Numbered from the whole stretch's first letter, positions 23,610 through 34,666 are shown. The stretch is 63,568 nucleotides of DNA, filler included, from Vannella sp. (GCA_023345925.1; 6 parts of 6 records of this genome joined end to end with filler, not necessarily neighbours in it), one strand, 5' to 3'. The notes: a model not told the origin generated them from the letters alone. Numbers and translations are program-made.

Positions 23610-25194
23610 ATGGCGGTGTGGGGGAAGCTGGTGCAGCGCATCGCAGTGAATGAGGCGGGGCTTACAACAGTGGACCTATCGTTCCAGCTGTTTGGATTGC
23701 CAGGAGGGATCATGTTAGCTAAGGCACTAGCTAACAACACGACCCTCACAGAGTTGAACGTATGTCGGCAAGGAGGGTTCACTTCCAGATGCTCATTGCG
23801 TGTTATAGCTGGCTGGAAATGAGCTGGGAGATGAAGGAGCAGTGGCAGTATGCAACTCTATTGCATCGAATGCCTTACTGGAGCTGAAACATCTGGATTT
23901 GAGCAGCAACGACATTACAGAAGCTTCCGGCTTTGCCATCGAGCCCCTTATACGAAGGCAGATCACTGTTATCACTCAAAACAACCCGATTGAAGAAGAA
24001 AAGAAGCGTAGGACTCGCCGAACGAAGAGGAGCAAGGATAAGGAGGGAGATAAAGGGAAGGACCCTTTGGGAGAGAAGCTGGCTCGCAAGAAGAGCAAGC
24101 GCAAGCTCTCCAAGTCTGAACAGATACCTGAGCTATCCATGATAACGAACCCAAAGATCCGTATCCTGGAAGGCAGAATCAAGGCTTTAGAGACAAAGGA
24201 GATCGAGTATCTTCAACATGTGGAGGAGCTGGAGGAGCGCATGAAAGAGCTGAGCAAGGGAACCATCTCTCGTTCTATTGGTATGCTCTCAGGACGGAAG
24301 AGCAAGACAGCAATGACGGTGTCCACCAGGTCGATTATCGTAACGCAGAAGATCTTCACAGGGGGAAATAGCAGCGCACAGATCTACTCCTGCATTGTGG
24401 ATGGGTGGCTTGTAGTGATGAAACAGCTCTCTACCTTAGGACTCAGTCCAGAGGTCATCGAAGCCTTCTCCAGGGAGATCCGCCTCCTGGAGTTGCTCCC
24501 CCCACACGAAAACATCGCTCGCTACCTCTTCCACGACGCCAAAGACCACAACTTACGGCTCTTCATGACCCACTACGATGGCAACCTTGGAGGTTACATC
24601 AAAGACGTTGCAGCATCGGGAGAACTCATCCCTTCCAAAGTGATTTACAAGATCCTGCTCGACATCATCAAGGGCATCGAGTTTCTGCACCAGAACAACA
24701 TCATGCACAGAGATCTGAAGAGCGAGAACATCTTCGTCCACTATGGAGAGCGCAAAGAGATCAAAATGTGCGCGATTGGTGACTTTGACACGGCCAAACA
24801 GGAGTCCAACACTAAGACGGTCCTGGGGACCCCCTCGTGGATGGCCCCTGAGGTCATGTCTGCTGCTAACTCTGACGGTTACAGTTTCCCTTGCGATAGT
24901 ACGTACTCCTTTGACACTACATGCTACTGAGTACTCACCTCTCGAGCAGTTTACGGGTTCGGGATGATCATGTACGAGCTGATCACCCTTCAGGTCCCAT
25001 TCCACTCATACAATCCCATGCGCATCTCTATGATGGTCATGCAAGGGAGCCAACCTGACCTTCCCACAGGCATGGACGAGTCTTACACCAAGTTGGCTGC
25101 TCTTCACACTCAATGCATCGCCTTCAAGCCTGAAGACCGCCCTCTCCCTTCCAAGATCAAGTCTGTTGTAGCCCTTGCTGCTGCTAACTTGTAG
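23610..25194 (+). CDS. LRR + coiled-coil + Ser/Thr kinase (DFD-type activation motif), multi-exon
   Basis: LTELN|LAGNELGDEGA and LDLSSNDIT LRRs; HRDLKSENIF, IGDFDTAK, GTPSWMAPE. Confidence 0.85.
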
Positions 25195-25218
25195 GGATCA
25201 CTAAATGGCCATTTCTTG

Positions 25219-26627
25219 ATGGACCCGCCCAAGGGCCCTGCCTTTGTCAATGACGGCTCCTTCATGGCTCAGTTCATGCGCAAGTACGAAGGGCCTACGG
25301 ATGAGGAGCTGGCTGCTCTAGCGGAAGAGAAGGCACTGGAACAGGAGAAGCAGTTGCGTAAGGAGATGGAACGAGAGAGGGAGGAAGATCGCGCGCGTGA
25401 GAGGGAGGAGAAGCAACGCGATCTGGAGAGGAGAAGGCGGGAGTATGAAGAGGCTATGCAGCGGCAAAGGGAAGAGATGGAGGTGGAGAGGCAGAAGCGC
25501 GAGGAGATGATTTCGGCACTTCTCGCGGAACAGAAGCGCCAGCAGGATGAGGCGCTTGAACGAGTCCAATCTTCAGTCCCCAAAGCACGAAAACAGCCAT
25601 TTGTCTCAAAGACAGCCCCTTCTACTGCACTGAAACGAGCTGCTCCTCGTGATCGCCCTGCCATGCCTGTCGTAAAGCGTCAAAGAGTAGCCCCTCCCCC
25701 TTCCCAGCAGCGCTCCAGTGCAACCGAGCCTCCCAAACCACCTTTGGGTACTTTAAGGAGACTAGTTGACGAGCTTGCGGTCAAGGTGGTGGAGCAAGGT
25801 CCCGCTCAAGAACAAGAGGTGGAAGGGCATCCTCATTACTCGTCAGTAGGGGTCTACTCACCACACAAAACACTCACATCATAGAAAGGTTCCTCGAAGA
25901 TCGCTCAGGAGATGTCTACAAGTACTACGAGTGGAAGAAGGAGCAAGTGTGCGAGCAAAGAGGCATTGTCTTGAAGCGAGAGGTAGAGAACAGCGAGACT
26001 GTGATCGCCATGAACGAAGCTTCCAAAGCCCTTTCAGAGCAGTACAAAAGTAGGCCATGCCACATCCCCTCTCTGCGAGCATTGCTGCTCGCATGAGGAC
26101 CATCGACCCGCTCAGTAGCTGACCTGTGCTTCCCCTTGTGCCTTTGCCGGCTTCTCTTTGACTCTTGTGAAGGTATTGAAGAGAAGCTGGAAAGGGAGGA
26201 ATTAGAGTCACTCCAATCCCGCCATTCCCAAGAACCAGAGCCAGAAGACTATTTCAAGCCCGTCCCCCGCGGAGAGAAGGCTTTCTTGCAGCATCTATCC
26301 TCTCACTATGCAGGGAAGCCCCGGGATAGCAGTACCACCAGTGAGCCAGAGTACAACCCTCTCCTCTCGAGTGACAACAAAGGCCATCGCCTGATGAAGA
26401 GCATGGGATGGACAGAAGGTAAGAATCAGTGTCTCGTTCACTGTTAACCATAGAAAGGAATGGGGCTGGGTGCCTCTGGATCAGGAAGGGTTGAACCGGT
26501 ACAAGCAGATACTGTGAAACTCAACACAGTGGGACTGGGAGTGGACAGTGAAGAGAAGAAGGACGACATTTACTCAGCTTATCAACAACAACTTCAAAGC
26601 CGATACAAGCAGCGCCAAACCCGTTAA
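25219..26627 (+). CDS. SURP/G-patch splicing factor (SUGP1-like), multi-exon
   Basis: N-terminal NDGSFMAQF; LVDELAVKVVEQGP (SURP-like); SDNKGHRLMKSMGWTEG|MGLGASGSGRVEPV G-patch; DDIYSAY tail. Confidence 0.75.
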
Positions 26628-26678
26628 GCAACTCACGGCGGGGGAACCAGTGAAGGAGGAATCCTCAAGTCACCTTTG

Positions 26679-27442
26679 TCAGGCCGTGAATAACAGTCGC
26701 GTTACATCTTTGGCAAGCTCCATCGGCGATACTGCAGGGTCAAACCTCTGGATAGGCACTCCATGCTTGTTGAAGAGGTACTGGGGGCGAATGAGTCCGG
26801 ATTGGGTGGGAGGAGGGATGGTTCGTACCTTTTCAAAGTTCCATTGGACGTCTTCGGGGAAGACCCTGTGAATGAGATGGTAGATTGGATGGGCATTAGG
26901 GCCATTCACGTCCACTTTACTGGCCAGGCGGAAGGTGGCACCGATGGAATCAGCAAACTCGCCAATCTCTTTGTCAGTGCCGGGTTCCTGCTCCGCAAAC
27001 TGGTTGCTGGGGAACCCAATGATGACTAAGCCTGTACCCTGAGGTTAGTCTTCAATGACCGATCTGCTAGAAGCGTACCCTGCTTGGAGAAGCGCTCATG
27101 AAGTGTTTGGAGGCCGCGGTATTGAGTGTCCGTTAGACCACAGTGGGAGGCCACATTCACAACTAAGATGACTTGTTGGCGGAACTGGCTCATATCCACT
27201 CTGTTCCCTTGAAGGTCCGTGTACTCCAGCTGGAAGATACTCGCCGAGTTCCCATCAGACATGAAGAACATCTCCACTACCAGCACCGTAAGCCCCACAC
27301 TGGCCAGCAAGATGCACACAAACGCTTTGGCATAGAACCCTTTAGACCGTGGACGGACCAACGGGTCTGAAGGGGCGTTCAACTCATCCCAACCCCTCCT
27401 GAAGCTCCCTGCCCGGCGTGACAGCCCCGGAGAGTCCAGCAT
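26679..27442 (-). CDS. Cys-type glutathione peroxidase with N-terminal transmembrane anchor, 3 exons
   Basis: VNVASHCGLT, GFPSNQFAEQEPG, KVDVNG, WNFEK|YL; hydrophobic AFVCILLASVGLTVLVVEMFF segment. Confidence 0.9.
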
Positions 27443-27611
27443 AGAGTGTACAAACCAGAACCCAGAAAAATCCTGCACACTACTCAACAAACCATAACAC
27501 GGCTCAAACTTACTTGTCTGGTAAAAAACACTTAAAGTCGGGGTTCCTCTTGGAAAATTCGTCGGAATTTTCCAGTTCTAAATCCCCAATTGAGATCATC
27601 CTGTCGCGGAC

Positions 27612-27711
27612 NNNNNNNNNNNNNNNNNNNNNNNNNNNNNNNNNNNNNNNNNNNNTTAATTAATTAANNNNNNNNNNNNNNNNNNNNNNNNNNNNNNNNN
27701 NNNNNNNNNNN
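27612..27711. other. Artificial contig spacer
   Basis: N44-TTAATTAATTAA-N44. Confidence 0.98.
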
Positions 27712-28053
27712 CGCACATGAAGTCACAGCTCATCGATTGACGGTCGTTTTCATTGACGTGAACTGGGAGGGTGTCGAAGGGACCCAAACGCCCCCATGGT
27801 AAGACTGGAATCTAAAAATCTGAGAACCACGCCCCTGACCCGGTCAACCCGAATTTTTATAATATTTTAAGAGATCAATAATTCCTGGAGAACGGGCGAA
27901 GTAGTCACGTGACCAAACTCTGGTCCGTTTGATGAACCCGCGTTCCGTGAGGGACTCCTGGTGCTTCTATTTCTTGTCATGTGAGAGATTAGTCCTCTTT
28001 GGGGGTAATGGGGAGGGGTTTATGGCAGTTTGTTGGGGCGCCTTTGGGATCTC

Positions 28054-30818
28054 ATGGCGGGGAGGAGTTCCAAGATTGCTGGGCTGATGGCGCGGTTCCA
28101 GTCCATGGAGGAGACAACACCGGTGGTGCCAGTGAAGCGGATGGGGATGGGAGCGCAAAAGGGACTCTCTCAGACTCCTCGTGTTGGGTCTGGGAAGCTT
28201 GCTGCTTTGGCGTCACGTTTTGCAACCTCTACGGAGGAGTCTGAGCGGCTCTCTCGTATTGCTGAGGAGAAACTCCTTCGTGAACAGTCGGAACGGTCCC
28301 AAGCGAGCTTCCCCGAACCAATCCTTCTCGAAGAGCCGCGCATTCCGCTCCTTGCTACTTCCACCGAAGAGTCTGCTCCTCAGGAGATCAACGTCACTCT
28401 GGAGGTTCATCATACTTCTCTCTCTCAGGAAAGTCTTCTCCAGGAGCCACCTGCAAAGGACGAGGAACTCAAAGTTACCCAGGTCGAGGCGTATGTCACC
28501 TCTGGAGCAACTGAGGTGTCAGTAAGCCTTCTTGACAAGGAGAATCAAATTTCCCAAGAGTCTGAAGGAGTTAGTCCACTCTCTCGGCCTCTTTCTCCCA
28601 TTCCCTCGCCTCGTTCCACTTGCGATACCGAAAGCGAACCTCCGTTAGCCATTGTAGAGTCAATGTCAGACAGTTCTGCTCCTGGTGGTGGTGAACTCGA
28701 AAGCCACTGTTTGAGTGAACCGCCCAAATCAGAATCCCAAAAGATTCAATCCCGCTCCTCGCCTTCCCCTCCGGCTCTGTCAAGATAGCCAAGATACGCT
28801 GAACGAACAGCCTCAGTCTCGTCACACTCAGGAGATAACTGTACCGACTGTGGTTTCAGAGGAGTGTATCAAAGTGGATCCTGTTTGTGAGAGTGAACCA
28901 GAGTCTGATTCTCTTCCTCCCAAGGTCAATCCAGCACCCGAAGAGCAATCAATGTTGGATGTCATAGTGGCGCCAATCATAGCTAGCGAGAAATCTCCCG
29001 AAATGGACTCTGCTTGTGAGAGAGGGACTCTGGATTCTCTCTTGGCCAAGCAAGAGCCCGAAGAGAGTTTATCTCTTGATGGCAAAGTAGTGTCTCAAGA
29101 ACTGCAGCCCCAAACGGGTGCTGTTACCGAACCATCAGAGTTACTGAAAAACAAGGCGGAGAGGAAAGCGAAAAAGAAAGAAGGGAAGGAAAGCGCTTTG
29201 AAGAAATCTCGGAGGGAGAAGAGGGCTGAATCAGGGAGCAAACCCTCTCGCTCAAAGGAGGGAGGCGAAGCCAATATCACTTCAAAAGCAAGTTCAGTCA
29301 GGAGTCAATCAAAGGCCGAGATAGAGCCGTCCCCTAAGAAGCAGCGAAAAGAGAAGAAACCTTCATCTTCATGTCCAGAAGAGCACGAACCCCTTTCGGA
29401 TAGGTCTCCCACGACGGTGATCCCACAAAATGAAGCTCCCACCAAGAAGAAGTCCAAGAGGAGAGTAGAGGCTTCCTCTAGCCCTGTAGAAGAAGAAATC
29501 CCGAAACCAAAAGAGCAAGAGATCGAATCTCAAGCCCAAAGTGCTCCAGAAGTGGCTGAACAAGTTCACAGAGGTCTTCAGCCAATCGCTCCATCTCCTG
29601 ATGGCGAGCCTAAGAAGAAGGAACGCAGAGGGTTCTTTGGTTTCGGGAAAAAGAAGAAAGAGTCCGTTGTGGGAGGCATTATTGCAGGATCTGTGAAGCA
29701 CGAGGGTCATGCCGGCTTTGATTCTGGTGGACTAAGCACCAAAGGACTCCCCCCTGCTCTGGCAGAGTTTTTCGAGAAGCTTGACAAACTCTTCAAGGGT
29801 TTAGGATACGAAGGAGTGACCCAACAGGAAGTCACATTCGTTCTCCAAAAGTACGGGGATATCTTGCTACCCGCAACAAAACCTCCCTCTCCAACGGAAG
29901 TAGCGGAACGGAGACCGGAAGATCTCACTCAGGAAGAGCTTTTGGAGTTATTTATGCACCAATCGAGTTCCCTGGAAGGGCTCAAAGTGACTCATACGAC
30001 CATCCAAACCGCCAAGGCAGAGCTTAAGTATCAAGTAGATGAACTCAACATCCAGTTATTGGAGGAACGCTCCCGTGTTCGCACTCAAACGGAGAGAAAC
30101 ACAACATTGGAAGTAGACTTGGCACGATTGCAGGCGGGAGAAGGAGCAGGAGTTGGAAGCGCTGCTTTTGAAGAATTGCAAGCCCTCTTTGACCGTCAAT
30201 TAGAGGATACGAATGCAAGAATACATGCGGAACAGGAGAAGACTCGAAGTCTCCAGGAAAAGTTGGAAGAATATGCAAAAGAGCAAATCCACCTCCTCTC
30301 GCAGCTGGAAGAGTCCCAAGATGTCCTTAATCGAAGCCGCCCAGTAAGTCTTGGTACTTGAAGTCACTTGCTGTTTCTGATAGAATGCAGAGTGAGGTAG
30401 ATAGCATCAGCACTGAATTGGATAGTATTCCACTTCCTCCGACTCCGTTTATCCCGCCGCCGCCACTTCTTGATATGGGAAGCTCTCAAGTACCTTCAGC
30501 TGGGGGAGCCTTGAATCTCTCTTCTGCCAAACTGAAGAAAACGGATCATTCCCCTGCACCTGTATCCCCTCAAGTGGATCTTTTAGCTCAAATACGCGGA
30601 GGCAACACTCTCAAGAAAGTGGTAGGACACCCCGTTTATGTCCTTTGGGAGGTATTCATTCAGAAAAGGACCCCACAGAGTCTCCTTCAAAGGTTATTCA
30701 AGATGACAACAACGTCCTTAACCTCATTTTCAATGCCTTGGTGGAGCGGCGCGGTGCCGTTGCTGGAAGCGATGAAGGCGAGGGCAGTGGGGACTGGGAT
30801 GAAAGCGATAATGAATAA
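28054..30818 (+). CDS. WASP-family-like actin nucleation-promoting factor (GBD/CRIB-like, coiled coil, Pro-rich, WH2-C-A); frame break near 28770-28788
   Basis: VKHEGHAGFD..LPP...FF (GBD-like); PPPPL; DLLAQIRGGNTLKKV (WH2). After intron 30622-30668: LIFNALVERRGAVAGSDEGEGSGDWDESDNE* (central helix plus acidic Trp). Another intron at 30344-30390. Confidence 0.75.
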
Positions 30819-30870
30819 CAGCCTCCAACTTCTATTGAATCAAGAACAAAAGGCAGCAAACAGAAGGTTT

Positions 30871-32031
30871 TCAGTTTGGGACATCCAGAGGAAGTGAAGA
30901 ATACGCTGATTTGGGTCGTATCTTCTCCCTATTTGGAGTTCTGCACTGGATGCCTGGAAGAAGGGTGGGTATGAAACGATCTTCAACGCCTTCCAAACCG
31001 AGTTGTCCGGAAGAATTCTTCCCAAAAACGAGGATTCCTTCTTTGCTCTGGACCATGGAATGTTGATTACCGGCTGCGATAGCAAGATTACCTCCTCCAA
31101 TCTCATTGATGGTCAGGAAGCGGTCGGGTGGACCCTCTCGTCCGAGTTGTCCCGAATCATTTGCTCCGGAAGACCAAACATATCCTGCTTCGTCCAATAG
31201 CAGTAGATGAACGTCTCCTGCAGTAGCAGTTTGAATGGGAGGGAGTTCTTCATGCTGCAAAGGTGTGGAGGGGAAAGGGGCAGCTGCTCTTTGGTGGGGA
31301 GGGTGAATGTCACCAAAGGTCCAGAGAGCGCCGTTGCTATCTGCTACAGCAAAGAACGCTCTACCAACAGCAAGAGATCGTAATGGGAAAGCAATTGCTC
31401 CTGTTGGGAGCCTCTGATGCTTCGTCCATGCAGGACCATCGGACGATAAAAAGCCACTCCCCCACAAGCTTCCTTCAGCCGCCTCCAGCAAGCTTGTACG
31501 AGCTCCACAAGCTATCTTTGTAACACATGGAAGGTCAGGAATGCATTGAATGGACGGAGAAGCTCTGCCAGCTCCGATTCCAAGGGCGGGTTCATTCCGA
31601 TTCCGAATGTTGGTCATTGCTGCCCAAACAGAACCTCTCGAGTCTATTGCCAACCAAAAGTACTGACCTACAGCAACATAAGAGAAGCGAGGGAGCTCTT
31701 GGGAAGGGAGACCAAAGCGCATGGGAGTAAAGTGAGTTGCGTTGATTTCGGAAGAGTACCGACCACAGCCCCACAAGCCCCCTTCTGTGTCAAGAAGCAG
31801 TGAGAAGTTGTCTCCAGAACAAGTGATCATAGCCGGTTCAGGCCATTGTCTTTGGAGTAAGGTTGGCCTCGTGACCTCAAAAGCAGCTCCTCCAAACACC
31901 ACTGAAAGAGCATTGCGAAGCAATCCACATCGAACCCCAATCAACCCATCCGTGCAATTCAACCCAAAAGCCACCACCTCTCCTTCCGGAGAGACAACAA
32001 AAGACGAAAAGGACAAGCCGCCAGCGAACAT
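30871..32031 (-). CDS. RCC1/BLIP-II repeat beta-propeller protein
   Basis: Repeats such as AGDVHLLLLDEAGYVWSSGANDSGQLG and AAGNQHSMV...FGKNSSGQLG. Confidence 0.85.
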   Translation of the reverse strand: MFAGGLSFSSFVVSPEGEVVAFGLNCTDGLIGVRCGLLRNALSVVFGGAAFEVTRPTLLQRQWPEPAMITCSGDNFSLLLDTEGGLWGCGRYSSEINATHFTPMRFGLPSQELPRFSYVAVGQYFWLAIDSRGSVWAAMTNIRNRNEPALGIGAGRASPSIQCIPDLPCVTKIACGARTSLLEAAEGSLWGSGFLSSDGPAWTKHQRLPTGAIAFPLRSLAVGRAFFAVADSNGALWTFGDIHPPHQRAAAPFPSTPLQHEELPPIQTATAGDVHLLLLDEAGYVWSSGANDSGQLGREGPPDRFLTINEIGGGNLAIAAGNQHSMVQSKEGILVFGKNSSGQLGLEGVEDRFIPTLLPGIQCRTPNREKIRPKSAYSSLPLDVPN

Positions 32032-32200
32032 GGGAAAAGGTGAAATGCCACAATTCTCCTCTCAGACACTCCAAACCTAAAACGCACCAAGTCACTATTT
32101 CCCCTTTTTCCTGGAAACGCCAAAAAGAGAAGATTTAGCTGAAAGAGAGTTTCTGACTTGGTTCTGGCTCTTTCAGAGCCATTTTCAATCCGCTTTGGAG

Positions 32201-32668
32201 ATGTCACGTCGCAGTACGAAGATAGCGGGGTTGATGCAGAAGTTCCAGTCCCAAGAAGAGACTTTGGTCCCGTTCCCGTTGAAGAGGGGAGACACTTCTC
32301 CGTCTGTGCGCTCTCCTGGGCAAGTGGGAGTGCCCAAGTTGGCTCGAGTGGGATCAGGAAGGCTTGCGAGTCTAGCTGCTGCATTTGCGACGAGTCCAGA
32401 GGAAACGGAACGCTTATCTCGGATTGCTGAGGGCGCCTTTCCTCAACCTGGGATTGCCACGAGTGTTGGTGGCTTGGCTGACCATCCTGATGCAAGTGTC
32501 ATCTCTCCCTCAAAGAGTTCAATAGAGAACTCTCCATCAGCAACGCCAGAGCCTTCTCTTGAGTCATGCAGTCTACCAAAAGCAACGCAGGAGACACTTC
32601 CAGGGCCAAGTAGTATGCTGCAAGGTTCCAACACTATTATCGATCCAAAGAATGCTCCAGGGGCGTGA
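32201..32668 (+). pseudogene. Truncated paralogue of the 28054 gene N-terminus, ending at the transposon left end
   Basis: MSRRSTKIAGLMQKFQSQEET...RVGSGRLASLAAAFATSPEETERLSRIAE versus MAGRSSKIAGLMARFQSMEET...RVGSGKLAALASRFATSTEESERLSRIAE; stop lies 13 nt before the left inverted repeat. Confidence 0.6.
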
Positions 32669-32680
32669 GGGAAAAGATCG

Positions 32681-32714
32681 AATCGGGGTAAATTACTCGA
32701 AAAGATACAATAAA
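32681..32714 (+). repeat. Left (sub)terminal inverted repeat of transposon
   Basis: AATCGGGGTAAATTACTCGAAAAGATACAATAAA matches the reverse complement of 34667-34700 (ATTCGGGTAAAATTACTCGAAACAAGCCAATAAA) at 27/34 positions. Confidence 0.75.
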
Positions 32715-32751
32715 TGAGAAACATTATGGCTTTATTGCGCCTTCGAGGTGA

Positions 32752-33596
32752 TTAGAAGGCGAACTCTTTCTCTTCGATGGAGGTGATCTTGGGGATTTGT
32801 ATGTAGATCCAACAGTCGTGGATCTCTTTTCTCCACTTGCCTTGATCTTGTTGGATCTGTCCTTGGGTGTAGATCCTGAAGGATCCTTCCTTGGCGCTCA
32901 ATTCGCGGTAATAAACGGACTGGGGCAAGTGAGAGAGTGAAAAGACTTGATTTGAGGGAACAGGGATCGTCCAGTTCACGGTGACGCAGTAGTCGGAGGA
33001 GGTTACCAGGTTAGTCGAAGTAGGCAATCTGAGGTACCAGATGGCTACCATCAGGTCGCCCTCATAGACCCAGTAAGGTAGGAACTCGTCGACAGAGAAG
33101 ATCCTTTTGATGGGGTTCTTCCTCACTGGGGTTTCGACAGCCTCTCGGGGCGGAGCAGTGAGTTCCACGACTTCAACTCTCGGTGGTGGCGTCACCTCCA
33201 CGGCGGCAAGCATTGCTGAAGCGAGCTGAGCTGCATTTTCCGTTCTCAACTCAGCTTGCAACTGCGATGCAGTGGGAGCTATCAAAAGGTGAGTAAACGC
33301 AGGAAATCAACTGAGGATTGGCTGATACTTACGAGAGGGGCGAGTGATTGTCCCTTCTTTCACCAAATTCGCGATCTTAGCACTGATCTTCTTGGCGGAG
33401 AGATCCCAACCAAGCTTCTTGCGAATGCTGATAGGATGAGTCGTCCCTTCCTTGTACACTTTGACCAGGTCATCGACCCAGTCTTGATTCTCACTCCAAA
33501 CCACTCTACCGTTGATCTCATGGGGAGCCTAATGGAGATTGGTTAATAGGGACGCAGTTGGTTTCATCGTCTTACACTTGCTCTTGCAGTGGCCAT
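32752..33596 (-). CDS. Transposon ORF2: Myb/SANT(GARP)-like N-domain plus putative alpha-crystallin/HSP20-like C-domain, 247 aa
   Basis: Exons 33596-33576, 33528-33333 and 33278-32752 join in frame through GTAAGA..TAG and GTAAGT..TAG introns. RVVWSENQDWVDDLVKVYKEG...LSAKKISAKIANL; C-terminus KEGSFRIY...EIHDCWIYIQIPK. Confidence 0.7.
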
Positions 33597-33721
33597 CACA
33601 GTGTGGTTGTGGTGATCACAACGAAGGCACCACGTTGTGATTATATTACTGGAACAAAATCGTATCCGATAGCCCTCCGCCAATCAAATCTCTTTATTCC
33701 TGCCCTACGGGTTTTGATCAT

Positions 33722-33763
33722 AAGGTTATGATTGGTCATCGCAAGGTTATGATCGGTCATCAC
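33722..33763 (+). repeat. 21-bp tandem repeat in the transposon's divergent promoter
   Basis: AAGGTTATGATTGGTCATCGC / AAGGTTATGATCGGTCATCAC. Confidence 0.8.
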
Positions 33764-33793
33764 AAGTTGCCGAAGAGCTCCCTCAGGTTCTGA

Positions 33794-34649
33794 ATGGAGA
33801 CTTCTGATGTCTATCAAGCTGCTGTACCACGGCTTCTGCCGAGGTTCTCCGATCGCCGTTGGAGAGCCTCCTTCGGCCTCAGCTTTCATGGGACCGACAG
33901 CCTTTGGCGTGATCCTCAGGTGTCCTGCTCGGCATTGCATCTTCTCTGGTTCCTATACTTCCTTAAAGTGTACCCAACACAGAGCGTAGCAGCTTGCTGG
34001 GCAGGTTGTGACGAGAAGACGTGGAGGAAACAGCTGAAGCTTGTTGCTTGCATCCTCAATCGAGCCCTGCCCCCTGTATGTTGCCGTAATCCCTCTCCCA
34101 CATCTAATAAAGTCATAGCTGCGCTTTGGTAGTCGCTTTATCGATTGGGACTGTCTCTCTCCTTCGTGCATCGTGGATGGTTTCGATGTAGCGATCAAGG
34201 AGCCAACGGACCTCTGTCCGCAGCAGCGAGCAAGGTTCTGTGCCCCTAAGAAGAGGCACGCCGCGATTAAGTACCTTGTGTTTATTCACATGCGATCTGA
34301 TATGATTCTTCATTGTACTGAGCCGTACCCTGGTGGTTCCTGCGAAGCAGCTATTGTCATCGCCGAACTCGATGACCAGCTCCTTGAGGGGGAGCGCTTG
34401 TTAGGAGACTGTGGTTATGCTTTGTGGCCTGCACGTTTTGTGGTTCCCAAGTACGTTCCACAAGCAACCCGTACCCTCAACTCTACCCGAGCTCGAGTTG
34501 AGCACACAGTTGGGCGCTTGAAAGCCTTTGGTGCCATTTCAACCTCGTCGTTCAGATCAAACGACTATGAATGGCACGGAGACATTACTCAGTTGGTTTG
34601 CAGGCTTGTGAACTTGAAGTTCGATCTCGTCCCAGAGGATCCGCAATAA
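33794..34649 (+). CDS. Harbinger/IS5-family DDE transposase, 270 aa; intron 34076-34118
   Basis: HTH-like HLLWFLYFLKVYPT..AGCDEKTWRK; catalytic VDGFD, LGDCGY and RARVEH..GRLK.F motifs all intact. Confidence 0.88.
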
Positions 34650-34666
34650 ACACGTCATTCATTTGT

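Noticed and set aside
27140..27160. Possible selenocysteine GPx
   Set aside because: The active-site codon is TGT (Cys), not TGA.
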